Translations under genes and position numbers: made by a program | Notes under the pieces: generated by a model | What the model was told of the DNA's origin: nothing | Seen by the model: the letters and a program-made list of their open reading frames with translations, nothing else | The model's database searches: none | Part shown: one piece after another, positions 31,967 to 40,359 of the stretch | Layout: every line of letters begins with the position of its first letter | Numbering within the stretch: position 1 is the stretch's first letter | NCBI GenBank assembly: GCA_002084765.1 | Contig: NBMB01000031.1 | Coordinates: 3,821-67,820 of the forward strand | Reading direction: 5' to 3' | Origin: Candidatus Cloacimonetes bacterium 4572_55 | GTDB lineage: Bacteria > 4572-55 | Length of the DNA: 64,000 nucleotides

Positions 31967-32020
31967 TGCCGCGCATGTCGGGATTTGAGGTCTGCCGCCG
32001 TCTAAGGGAAAAATTCGCAT
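31907..32020 (+). repeat. Perfect 56-bp tandem duplication (2 copies) inside the receiver domain coding sequence
   Basis: atgatgccgcgcatgtcgggatttgaggtctgccgccgtctaagggaaaaattcgc occurs at 31907-31962 and again at 31963-32018. 56 is not divisible by 3, so TGA forms at 31964-31966. Confidence 0.95.
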
Positions 32021-32280
32021 CCAGCGAGTTGCCGGTGGTGCTGCTGACCGCAAAAAATCAAGTGACCGATCTGGTTACCGGATTTGATTCTGGGGCAAAC
32101 GATTATTTGACTAAGCCCTTTTCCCGCAGCGAGTTGTTGGCTCGCATCAAGACGCACATCAATCTTGCCAAGATCAACGCGGCTTATGGGCGTTTTGTGC
32201 CGCATCAATTCTTGAATTACCTGCAAAAAGAGCATTCGATCCTTTACATCCATATCGGAACAGATGACTCCAGAGGATAA
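31963..32280 (+). pseudogene. Receiver-domain C-terminal fragment (out-of-frame continuation of the hybrid kinase)
   Basis: 105-aa [65 protein letters not shown] is the rest of a REC domain. The tail ...FVPHQFLNYLQKEHSI is the usual linker into a class III cyclase, and the frame is then lost. Confidence 0.8.
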
Positions 32281-33001
32281 CTTTAAGTTTATCAACGATT
32301 ATCTGAGCCGCATGGAGCCGATTATCGAGCAGCATAACGGATTTATCGACAAATATATCGGCGATGCGATTATGGCACTGTTCGGAGGATCGTCAAACGA
32401 TAGTGAGGAAAAGGTTACAAGCGCGGACGACGCGCTACAGTCCGCTATATCAATGCTGCGTCGTCTGGCGAAATATAATCAAACTCGCCGGAAGATAGAA
32501 CAACCTCCGATCAAAATAGGGATCGGACTGAACACCGGCATGTTGATGTTGGGAACGGTCGGTGGCGAAAAACGAATGGATGGAACTGTGATCTCGGACG
32601 CTGTCAATCTGGCTTCCAGAGTCGAGGGCATGACAAAAGTGTATGGCGCGAATTTGCTTATCACCAACGAAACCTACTCGACTTTGGATGATCCCAGCGC
32701 ATATTGCATCCGCATTATCGACCGAGTAAAGGCGCGGGGGAAAAACGAACCTGTCACAATCTTCGAGGTTTTTGATGGAGATTCGGAGGAAATGATTCGT
32801 CTCAAAAAGCAAAATTTGTATGAATTCGACAGGGCGGTAAGCTTGTATCGAGAACAGAAATTTGATCACGCGGCAAAGGGTTTCAAAAAGGTGGTAGCGG
32901 CAAACCCGGGTGATCAAGCCGCTCAGGTCTATATTCAAAGATGCGAATATTATCAACTGCACGGCGTGCCGGAAGGATGGGATAACGCGAAGATATTGTG
33001 A
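32264..33001 (+). pseudogene. Class III adenylate/guanylate cyclase catalytic domain, N-terminally truncated fragment
   Basis: 245-aa ORF whose frame is open from 32216 (ITCKKSIRSFTSISEQMTPEDNF...). FIDKYIGDAIMALFG, GLNTGMLMLGTVGG, GTVISDAVNLASRVEG and a C-terminal TPR-like tail. The strand carrying the first metal-binding Asp is missing. Confidence 0.8.
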
Positions 33002-33030
33002 TGAAACACGTTGTATGATGATAAAAATAA

Positions 33031-33068
33031 AAATGGGATGCGTCTATTGCAGGCACATCCCATTTTTT
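33031..33068. terminator. Bidirectional rho-independent terminator between convergent genes
   Basis: Stem aaatgggatg (33031-33040) pairs with catcccattt (33056-33065). It is flanked by an A-run upstream and ttttt downstream. Confidence 0.7.
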
Positions 33069-33096
33069 GTCTCAATTCCAATTTATCTCAATTTAT

Positions 33097-33954
33097 TTAA
33101 AACTGAGGCAAATTGGGATAATTTTGATACGCCCAGTCAAAAGTGATCGTACGATTCGGAAAGTTGTCTTCGATACTGATCACTTTCATCTTGGCATAAT
33201 GAATCTGATTGTCCGCCCCATCAGTGAATCTGATGTGATAGACATGGTTCAGAACAATATCTTGTCTCTGCGCTGTCATACTGACAAGAGCCGTGCCAAA
33301 GTCGTCCAGATCGAAGTCGCCATTATCCTCGATATAAGCCTCCTTTGACCAATCGTTGGGGCTTTCCACCAAGGTCGGGCTTTTGATTTGGAGCGTTCCG
33401 TCGCCATCGTTGTCCTGATCAGTCCCAATATAGACGTCGATTTTATCATGGTTGTCGGCAAAAGTCATGGAAAATGCCTGCCCAAAGTTGAAGCCAAAGC
33501 CGCTGGGGTTGTCCGAACTGCTAAACTCCCAAATAATCGAGTCGGTACCTTCAGGTCGGGGCGATACTGTCACGTCGTCCGTGTGGTTGTCGCCATAAAA
33601 CTCGGTATTGTCCTCATATTCTCTGACTGTCCGCACATGAAAAGTATACAGATTGTCGTTGTCCAACGGAACGCCGTTAATTGAGGTAATCTCATACGTA
33701 TTCTGCGTTGTCTCGGCAATCTTGGTAATGCTTGCGATATCGTCTAAATTGGATGCGGCAAAAATGTAAAAGGTGTAATATACGTCTCCCACATCGCCGT
33801 CCCAAGAGAGCGTCACTTTCTCATCGTCAAGCACGTAAGTCAACGTTGTTGCAACATCCCCCGGAGGGAGAACCGGATCATCATCATCATCTCCACAACT
33901 TGCTATCAAACCGATAGAGAACAATAAAATTAATAACCAACTGAACTTTTTCAT
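33097..33954 (-). CDS. Hypothetical lipoprotein (acidic, beta-rich; possible FN3/Ig-like N-terminal domain)
   Basis: 285-aa ORF with lipobox LLFSIGLIASCGDDDDD. No catalytic motifs recognised. Confidence 0.55.
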   Translation of the reverse strand: MKKFSWLLILLFSIGLIASCGDDDDDPVLPPGDVATTLTYVLDDEKVTLSWDGDVGDVYYTFYIFAASNLDDIASITKIAETTQNTYEITSINGVPLDNDNLYTFHVRTVREYEDNTEFYGDNHTDDVTVSPRPEGTDSIIWEFSSSDNPSGFGFNFGQAFSMTFADNHDKIDVYIGTDQDNDGDGTLQIKSPTLVESPNDWSKEAYIEDNGDFDLDDFGTALVSMTAQRQDIVLNHVYHIRFTDGADNQIHYAKMKVISIEDNFPNRTITFDWAYQNYPNLPQF

Positions 33955-34440
33955 AAAAACGCCTCCTCAGTAAATCAATAGTAAATCAATAAAATAAAAC
34001 CAGAAATCAAATAAAACCCGACTAAAAAAAAATGTGGAATTAAAAAATAATTAGGAAAATTCGTACTATTTTTTGAAGTTCTAAATACCGCGTGGAGTTT
34101 TGAAAGTTCAGAATTATTTTACATTTTTTTTTATTTGACGCTGTATAGAATACTTCAAATACGCATCACAATTCGTTTATTTGAAATTAATGTGAATTAA
34201 TGCCTTTTTAATTTCACCTTTAATTTCACTTAATAGGTGATCATTTTCAAATTCAACGACGCTCGTATCCCCCCGATGAACAATTCATTTGGCCTCCATA
34301 AATAGAATGTTGTTGACAAAAAGACAAAAACCTTTTACCCTGTCTCTTAGTCGATTTTGATTTCGGCATATCTTATAAATTCTAATTAAATATTAAAATT
34401 AAATAAGATTTGGTTTTGATGCTAAATAACTCAACAATTT

Positions 34441-34473
34441 ATTTTTGTGATATTTTTGTGATATTTTTGTGAT
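34441..34473. repeat. 11-bp tandem repeat ATTTTTGTGAT x3 just upstream of the M42 peptidase gene
   Basis: Read directly from the sequence. It ends 22 nt before ATG 34496. Confidence 0.8.
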
Positions 34474-34495
34474 AATTTTTTGAAAGGATGTTTCG

Positions 34496-35572
34496 ATGAG
34501 TGACCGCTCGATTAATTTGTTAAAACGACTGACCGAAGCGGACGCGCCCTCCGGTTTTGAGGACGAGGCGCGCCGTATATTCGAGGATGAACTAAGAGAG
34601 ATTGGCGAGATCAAAAAGGACCGGATGGGTAATCTGTTCTGTTCTCATACGGGCAGTTCGGACACGCCCGTAGTGATGTTGGATTGCCATCCCGACGAGG
34701 TAGGTTTTATGGTGCAGAGTATCACCTCTCAGGGATTTATTAAATTCGTTCCATTGGGCGGCTGGTGGGGTCATGTGTTGCTCAGCCAGCGCATGACTGT
34801 GATGGGCGATAAAGGAAAAATTCACGGCGTAATATCGGCTACGCCTCCCCATCTTTTGGAAAAGGGTGCCCGCGAAAAAGTCGTCCATATTGAGGCAATG
34901 CATATCGACGTGGGCGCGGCTGACCGTGAGGAAGCAATGGACAAATTTGGGATACAACCCGGAAATCCGATCGCTCCTTTTTCTCCCTTTATACCGATGG
35001 CGAATCCGAAAATGCTTTCTGCAAAGGCGTTTGACAACCGGTGCGGCTGCGGTCTGGTCATCGAATCTATGCAGCGTCTCGCAGAGCAAGATCATCCTAA
35101 TCAGATATACGGCGTGGCGAGTGTTCAAGAGGAGGTCGGCATACGAGGCGCCGAGGTATCGGTAGCGCGCGTCAAACCAGATGTGGCGATTGTCCTGGAG
35201 GCACCTCCAGCGGATGATCTGCCCGGATCAGATCGTGATGCCTTGCAGGGAATTCCAGGCAAGGGTATCCAACTCCGGCTGTTCGATCCCACGATGATCG
35301 TGCGTCCTCAACTGGCGAGGTTTGTCCAAGATATCGCCGAGGAGAAGAAAATTAGACATCAAGTCTCTGTGAGAAGGGCCGGAGGAACCAACGCAAGAGC
35401 TATCCACCGATACGGTCAAGGCGTGGCGACGATCGTATTGGGCGTGCCCGCGCGCTACATTCATACGCATGTCTCGATCATCCATATCGACGACTATCTT
35501 GCCGGTTTGGACCTGGTTGAAGCTCTTGTTATGAAGCTCGACGAGCAGGCCTTGGAAAATATTTATCGGTAA
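34496..35572 (+). CDS. M42 family metallopeptidase (glutamyl aminopeptidase / FrvX-like)
   Basis: 358-aa ORF. LLKRLTEADAPSGFEDEAR, DEVGFMV, KAFDNRCGC, VQEEVGIRGA and GVPARYIHT match the M42 pattern. Confidence 0.85.
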   Translation: MSDRSINLLKRLTEADAPSGFEDEARRIFEDELREIGEIKKDRMGNLFCSHTGSSDTPVVMLDCHPDEVGFMVQSITSQGFIKFVPLGGWWGHVLLSQRMTVMGDKGKIHGVISATPPHLLEKGAREKVVHIEAMHIDVGAADREEAMDKFGIQPGNPIAPFSPFIPMANPKMLSAKAFDNRCGCGLVIESMQRLAEQDHPNQIYGVASVQEEVGIRGAEVSVARVKPDVAIVLEAPPADDLPGSDRDALQGIPGKGIQLRLFDPTMIVRPQLARFVQDIAEEKKIRHQVSVRRAGGTNARAIHRYGQGVATIVLGVPARYIHTHVSIIHIDDYLAGLDLVEALVMKLDEQALENIYR

Positions 35573-35982
35573 TTTCAAAATACGAATATTTGCTTTGATG
35601 AGACTGGTTGAATGCGCGTCAATTTTTTTTTTGGGTTTTTATGAAAGTTAAGTATTGACATTTCTATTCTCAAACTCTATCTTTAATTTAAGATTGATAC
35701 TAAATTTTCCATGGAGAGCCGCTATGACAAACGCTTTCCATTGCAATTTATCTATTAAAAATGTCATATTTTAATACAAAATGTATAAATGAGACGTTAT
35801 ATCGCAAAAATGGAAATAATTTATACTGAATAAACGAATTATCTCCACGACACGCTGATCAAAACGTCACAAAATAAGATAAAACTCAATCCCTCACTTA
35901 TTGTCGATAAGGGGAATATTGAAATAGCGTAAGCCGTTTATGTTTAGCCGCTTTTACGATAATTTGAATTATTTTCGAAATC

Positions 35983-35998
35983 TGGCATGCGATCTGCT
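35983..35998 (+). promoter_or_regulatory. Candidate sigma-54 (-24/-12) promoter for the pilin gene
   Basis: TGGCAT-gcgat-CTGCT has the correct GG-N10-GC spacing. It lies ~100 nt upstream of the pilin start. Type IV pilin genes are often RpoN-dependent. Confidence 0.5.
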
Positions 35999-36009
35999 AG
36001 TTTAAAGAT

Positions 36010-36036
36010 AACGACCTACTGACCCAGTAGGTCGTT
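36010..36036 (+). promoter_or_regulatory. Perfect 12-bp stem / 3-nt loop hairpin at the predicted 5' end of the pilin mRNA
   Basis: aacgacctactg-acc-cagtaggtcgtt. It begins 12 nt after the -12 element. No T-tract follows, so it is not a terminator. Confidence 0.5.
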
Positions 36037-36101
36037 GAGATCGCAAAATAGCACTAAATTTTTAATCGTTCTTATTTCATCTAAAAAAAGGAGGAATGCC
36101 G

Positions 36102-36527
36102 ATGCGTAAGGCCTTAGCCAAAAAAAGAAAGGGTTTTACACTCGTTGAAGTTCTAGTCGTGTTGGTGATCATTTCGATTCTGGCGGCAATTGCCGTTCCT
36201 TTATATACCGACTACGTCAAGGGTGCCCGCTCTTCTGAGGCGCAGACAACGATCGGCGCAGTCTGGACATCGATCCGGATTGAGTATCAAAAGACCGGTC
36301 TCTGGACTAATGACCTGGATGAGCTATCGATTGATATGGATCAGTCGACACTGGACAAATGGGAATTTGATATTGTGGGCGGCGGCGGCGATAATCCGCC
36401 AACCATGGTGACGGCTACAAGCAAAGCAAAGATGTCCGGGGGCGAAGGAAAGGTTGTCACTTTTGACATCAAAACCGGCGAATTTTCAGGTTACGGTATT
36501 GACGATGAAGATGAACAAACCAATTAA
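36102..36527 (+). CDS. pilA: Type IV pilin (major pilin candidate), prepilin with class III signal
   Basis: MRKALAKKRKG|FTLVEVLVVLVIISILAAIAVPLY is a canonical prepilin cleavage/methylation motif. The GGAGGA RBS favours ATG 36102 over the ORF-track ATG 36096. The protein has no Cys and an acidic tail. Confidence 0.85.
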   Translation: MRKALAKKRKGFTLVEVLVVLVIISILAAIAVPLYTDYVKGARSSEAQTTIGAVWTSIRIEYQKTGLWTNDLDELSIDMDQSTLDKWEFDIVGGGGDNPPTMVTATSKAKMSGGEGKVVTFDIKTGEFSGYGIDDEDEQTN

Positions 36528-36548
36528 TTTTTAGGGAGCGAATTATCT

Positions 36549-37607
36549 GTGAATATTAACGATTTACTCATATTCTCCACGAACGCGGGTGCTTCGGATT
36601 TACACCTGAGTTCCGGATCCTCGCCTATGGTGAGAGTGCATGGGCGAATGCGAAGGATTAATCTGCCGCAAAAATTGAGCGATGAAGATATTCAGAAGAT
36701 GATTTTATCTGCGCTCAATGAAGAGCAGTTGGAGAAATTCAAACGCGTCAAAGAAGTCGATTTCTCAAAAGAGATCAAAGGTGTGGCTCGTTTTCGAGTC
36801 AATGTATTTCAGCAAATTCGGGGCATAGCCGGCGTATTTCGAACAATTCCTGAGGAGATACGCACTTTTGAAGAGTTGGGTCTGCCGGATGTGTTGAAAT
36901 CTTTGTGTCTGAAGGAGAAGGGGCTCATTTTATTGACCGGTCCGACCGGTAGCGGTAAATCAACCACATTAGCAACAATGGTGGATCATATTAATGAAAA
37001 TCGAGAATGCCACATCATCACTATTGAAGACCCGGTCGAATTTTTCCATCATAGCAAAACTTCTCTGATCAATCAGCGAGAGGTGGGGGACTCAACACAC
37101 TCATTCTCGAATGCGTTGCGAGTGGCTCTTCGGGAGGACCCCGACGTAATTCTCGTGGGCGAAATGCGGGATTTGGAAACGATTTCGTTAGCCTTGACCG
37201 CGGCGGAGACAGGTCACTTAGTCTTGGCAACTCTGCACACGAGTAGCGCGGCAAAAACTATTGATCGCATCATTGATATTTTCCCGAAAGAGCAGCAATC
37301 GCAAGTGCGGTCTATGCTCTCGGAATCGTTAGAGGCGGTTCTCTCTCAAAAACTCTTGCCAACAAAGGATGGAAACAGTCGGGTGGTAGCCTGCGAGTTA
37401 CTTATCACCACGACTGCGGTGCGGAATTTGATCCGAGAAGAGAAAATTTATCAAATTCCATCGGTCATTCAAGCCGGGAGCAAGATGGGTATGCAGACCC
37501 TGGACCATGATTTGAGCCGTTTGGTTATGGAAGGAAAAATCGATCGTATGGAAGCGGCGCAGCGAGCGGATAATCCCAAGTTGTTCGATACTGCCGGCAT
37601 GTTCTAA
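36549..37607 (+). CDS. pilT: Type IV pilus retraction ATPase PilT
   Basis: 352-aa ORF with GTG start. ASDLHL, GPTGSGKSTTLA, DPVEF, ILVGEMRDLETI and GHLVLATLHTSSA. Confidence 0.9.
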   Translation: MNINDLLIFSTNAGASDLHLSSGSSPMVRVHGRMRRINLPQKLSDEDIQKMILSALNEEQLEKFKRVKEVDFSKEIKGVARFRVNVFQQIRGIAGVFRTIPEEIRTFEELGLPDVLKSLCLKEKGLILLTGPTGSGKSTTLATMVDHINENRECHIITIEDPVEFFHHSKTSLINQREVGDSTHSFSNALRVALREDPDVILVGEMRDLETISLALTAAETGHLVLATLHTSSAAKTIDRIIDIFPKEQQSQVRSMLSESLEAVLSQKLLPTKDGNSRVVACELLITTTAVRNLIREEKIYQIPSVIQAGSKMGMQTLDHDLSRLVMEGKIDRMEAAQRADNPKLFDTAGMF

Positions 37608-37906
37608 CCTGCATTATTCATAATCCTCGGGGAACCAGAGGTCTCATATGTTTGATATTTAATGGGTTAGATTCGATTTTTAACGACATTTCCAAGAGAA
37701 CTCAGTTCTTATGAGAATTTCAGAACCCTTATTTAGGCTGACTCTGCGACTCTCTGTGACTCTGTTGCGAATATAGTGAAATGCGCGCAAAAGCTCCATT
37801 TCCCTGAAGAAAATTTGGCAAAAAAGATATAATTCTTTAATTATCAATTCTTAATCTGCGATAATCTGCGTAATCTGCGGATCGATTTCCGTGATGACGA
37901 ATAATC
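37608..37906 (+). repeat. Dispersed intergenic repeat element, copy 2 (299 bp), starting on the first base after the pilT stop codon
   Basis: Collinear with 27937-28161 with few mismatches, plus a 74-bp extra segment at 37746-37819. The TAATCTGCG triple repeat is at 37852-37880. Confidence 0.85.
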
Positions 37907-37927
37907 TATCAAGCTTTTGCCTACGGG

Positions 37928-38263
37928 ATGGAGTACATGGCAGAAACCGCGCATCGTCGTTTGGCTTTGGCATTAGCGGACTCAGAGATGAACAAGTGGG
38001 AAATTTTGGTCAGCCAAGAAGGTCTTACGAATGTGCCTCGCAACCGAGTCAAATGCGTGGTGGATCATCGAGATTTGAAGACCAAACGAGACGATCTGGA
38101 AGGATATATCGAATACGGCGAATTGGAATTGATGACCGAGACCATTGGGGAGCAGCCGGTTCAAAGCTACTATAAATTTTGGGTTCGGGTCTCCTGGTAT
38201 GAAAATAATGAAGACACACCGGAATTTGTCCAATTAATTTCCTATTTTCCAAAAAAAGAATAA
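37928..38263 (+). CDS. GspI/PilV-like minor pilin lacking the prepilin leader and hydrophobic helix (possibly truncated)
   Basis: 111-aa ORF. The C-terminal ...YYKFWVRVSWYENNEDTPEFVQLISYFP resembles the GspI-type ...V.V.W......L.L.T.. beta-sheet end. No G|FTLxE motif. The gene starts 22 nt after the repeat element. Confidence 0.45.
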   Translation: MEYMAETAHRRLALALADSEMNKWEILVSQEGLTNVPRNRVKCVVDHRDLKTKRDDLEGYIEYGELELMTETIGEQPVQSYYKFWVRVSWYENNEDTPEFVQLISYFPKKE

Positions 38264-38274
38264 GGGGAAATTGC

Positions 38275-38862
38275 ATGATAGGCACACAGCTTCAATATAT
38301 TTCCCGATGGCTTTTTTCTAGAAAGGGATTGACTTTCGCGGAAATGGTTGTGGCAATCGCTATGATGGGGGTTGTGACGTTGGGCCTGGCGTCGGTATTT
38401 GTCTTCGGTATCTCGGCTTGGGATAAAGCCGCGACCTATTATACGATACAGCGAGATACGCATCAGGCTTTAGAACAAATTAAAGATGAAATCCACGAAG
38501 CCGAGGATGACCGGCTTCCACCTTATGGGGGCCCCCGATTGGTTTGCGTCGGAGTGAATCGGATCAGCGACGGTTCCACTTCAGCTATGGAGGTGGAATG
38601 GCGACAAGGAGATCAAACACTTTGGTTGAACAGAAGTTTTTTCTTAAGAAAACCTTACCGGCTTATTCCCCTGCCGGAGGTGAAAATAGAGAGCCCAGGT
38701 CGCCCAAGGGTCACCGAATGTCTGTTTACTCGGGAATATGTCGAGGAAAGCACGAGCAACACCCAGGCGATTCGGGTTGAACTCACCGTGGAAAATGATT
38801 ACGGTGACATTATGCACTACAATCAATTAATGTATCTTAACAATAGTAAAAGAGATAAATAA
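38275..38862 (+). CDS. Minor pilin / pseudopilin (GspJ/PilW-like) with prepilin N-terminal motif
   Basis: 195-aa ORF. SRKG|LTFAEMVVAIAMMGVVTLGLASVFVF is a prepilin-type cleavage/methylation signal. Confidence 0.75.
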   Translation: MIGTQLQYISRWLFSRKGLTFAEMVVAIAMMGVVTLGLASVFVFGISAWDKAATYYTIQRDTHQALEQIKDEIHEAEDDRLPPYGGPRLVCVGVNRISDGSTSAMEVEWRQGDQTLWLNRSFFLRKPYRLIPLPEVKIESPGRPRVTECLFTREYVEESTSNTQAIRVELTVENDYGDIMHYNQLMYLNNSKRDK

Positions 38863-38956
38863 GCGATAAGCGTTTATAGACGATCTACCTAAAAACCCTT
38901 AAAGACTGTTACGAATTAGGAATTTAAGAAATAAAGAAGAATAAGGAGGTTTCCCC

Positions 38957-40359
38957 ATGTTATTAGTGAAAATGAGAAAGAAGCTCGCTGAGGAACAAGG
39001 TATCTCATTAGCTGGAGCTGTGATTTTTATCTTTTTGACTATTGTTCTCTCTATGTCTTTTTTGTATATTCCGGTTTACAACGCCCAAAGTTTTGAAGTG
39101 ATGTATGATGAAGCCCAAATTTATTGGACGTTGAAAGCTGGTCATGCCATTGCATTGACGCATTTACAGAATCGACCCGCTGTTGAAAATAGCTTCATTG
39201 AAAGCCACAATAAAGAATTGACTATTGAAAACGAAACGGTCGCAAAAATACCTAAAATCCGAATTGATCGGGCTAAAAAAAGCGGAAGCACGACATTTAC
39301 CAACGCGTACGTGTATAAAATCTCGGTTGGCGACAACAAAATGGATGTATTGAACGGCAAGAATCAAGTTCGGCGCTTCCAAGACCTGATCGTAGAAAAG
39401 ACGAGCTATGCGCTGTATGCGTATTTAAGCGATATAGAAACCGCGCCCAACGGTACGATCACGAGATTGACGATTATAACGCACAGCCGATTTATCAAGG
39501 AAATCCTGAAACGCACGTCGGCGCGGATTCGATTAATTTTCCTGTCCATGCCGATGATTTACGAGATGCTGCCCGCCAACAAAGTAATTTTATCAATCCG
39601 TCGGAATACAGCACGATTTGGGTGGCGCTGGGAACAACGTCAAATCCCTATAATAGCTCTGAGGACAGCGGAGACTCCCCGGTCAGCTCGATGTGGGGAA
39701 AGGTTTACGATGATGACGGGGAAGTAAGCTGGGATTTTATCGGGCAATTTATGACGCAAATCGGTCTGGACGAAGCGGTTTTTGTCGATGCGGATACCGT
39801 GCTTGTACATGGTGTAGTGAAAAATCGCTTGAGCGTCGGAAGTTCTGGAGATATGTATCTTATGGACGATATATATTATGTGGATTCAATGTCTCGCTAC
39901 GGTAGCATAAATCAGGGTAAGCCGCTGGATGGATGCGAAGATTACCTGGGTTTGATCTCTGAAGGAGACATCCTTATAGCCGATATTTTCTGGCCGGGAC
40001 GCACGGAACCGACTCCGGCTCCAACCGGCTATCCCAACCGCCACGATATTGTGATTGACGCCGGTATTGTCACTTTGGGCGAATCCTTTACAGTGCATTG
40101 CGGCGATCAGCCAGGGGAACGAGGGGATATCCATATGTGGGGCGCGCTGGCGCAAAAGCGACGCGGCGTGGTGCATACCATTGATAAATGCCCGAATCCC
40201 CAGATGATCTATACTGGCTACGGAAAAGATTATCACTATGATCAGCGGTTTCAATATTGGCCCCCGCCTTACTATCTCAACACCAATAGCGGTAAAGGTG
40301 GGAGCACGACTCATACGCTCTGGCGAAATAGAAAGATTAAAGGGGATTACGGTTTTTAA
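38957..40359 (+). pseudogene. Large minor pilin/tip protein (PilX/GspK-like), frame broken near 39440-39470
   Basis: Frame 1 starts ...EEQGISLAGAVIFIFLTIVLSMSFLY (PilX_N-like) and turns Arg-rich/nonsense after ...YLSDIETAPNG. The second frame is open from 39319 and reads sensibly from ...YDHEIDDYNAQPIYQGNPETHVGADSINF through ORF 39622-40359. Confidence 0.6.

Noticed and set aside
35573-35640. Terminator after the M42 peptidase gene (ttgaatgcgcgtcaa + T10)
   Set aside because: The stem is only 4 bp. The T-run alone is not convincing.
37891-38175. 94-aa ORF starting inside the repeat element (MMTNNLSSFCLRDGVHGRNRASSFG...)
   Set aside because: It overlaps the better GspI-like frame. Its translation is Arg/Gly-rich nonsense, and the equivalent frame in repeat copy 1 stops after 16 codons.
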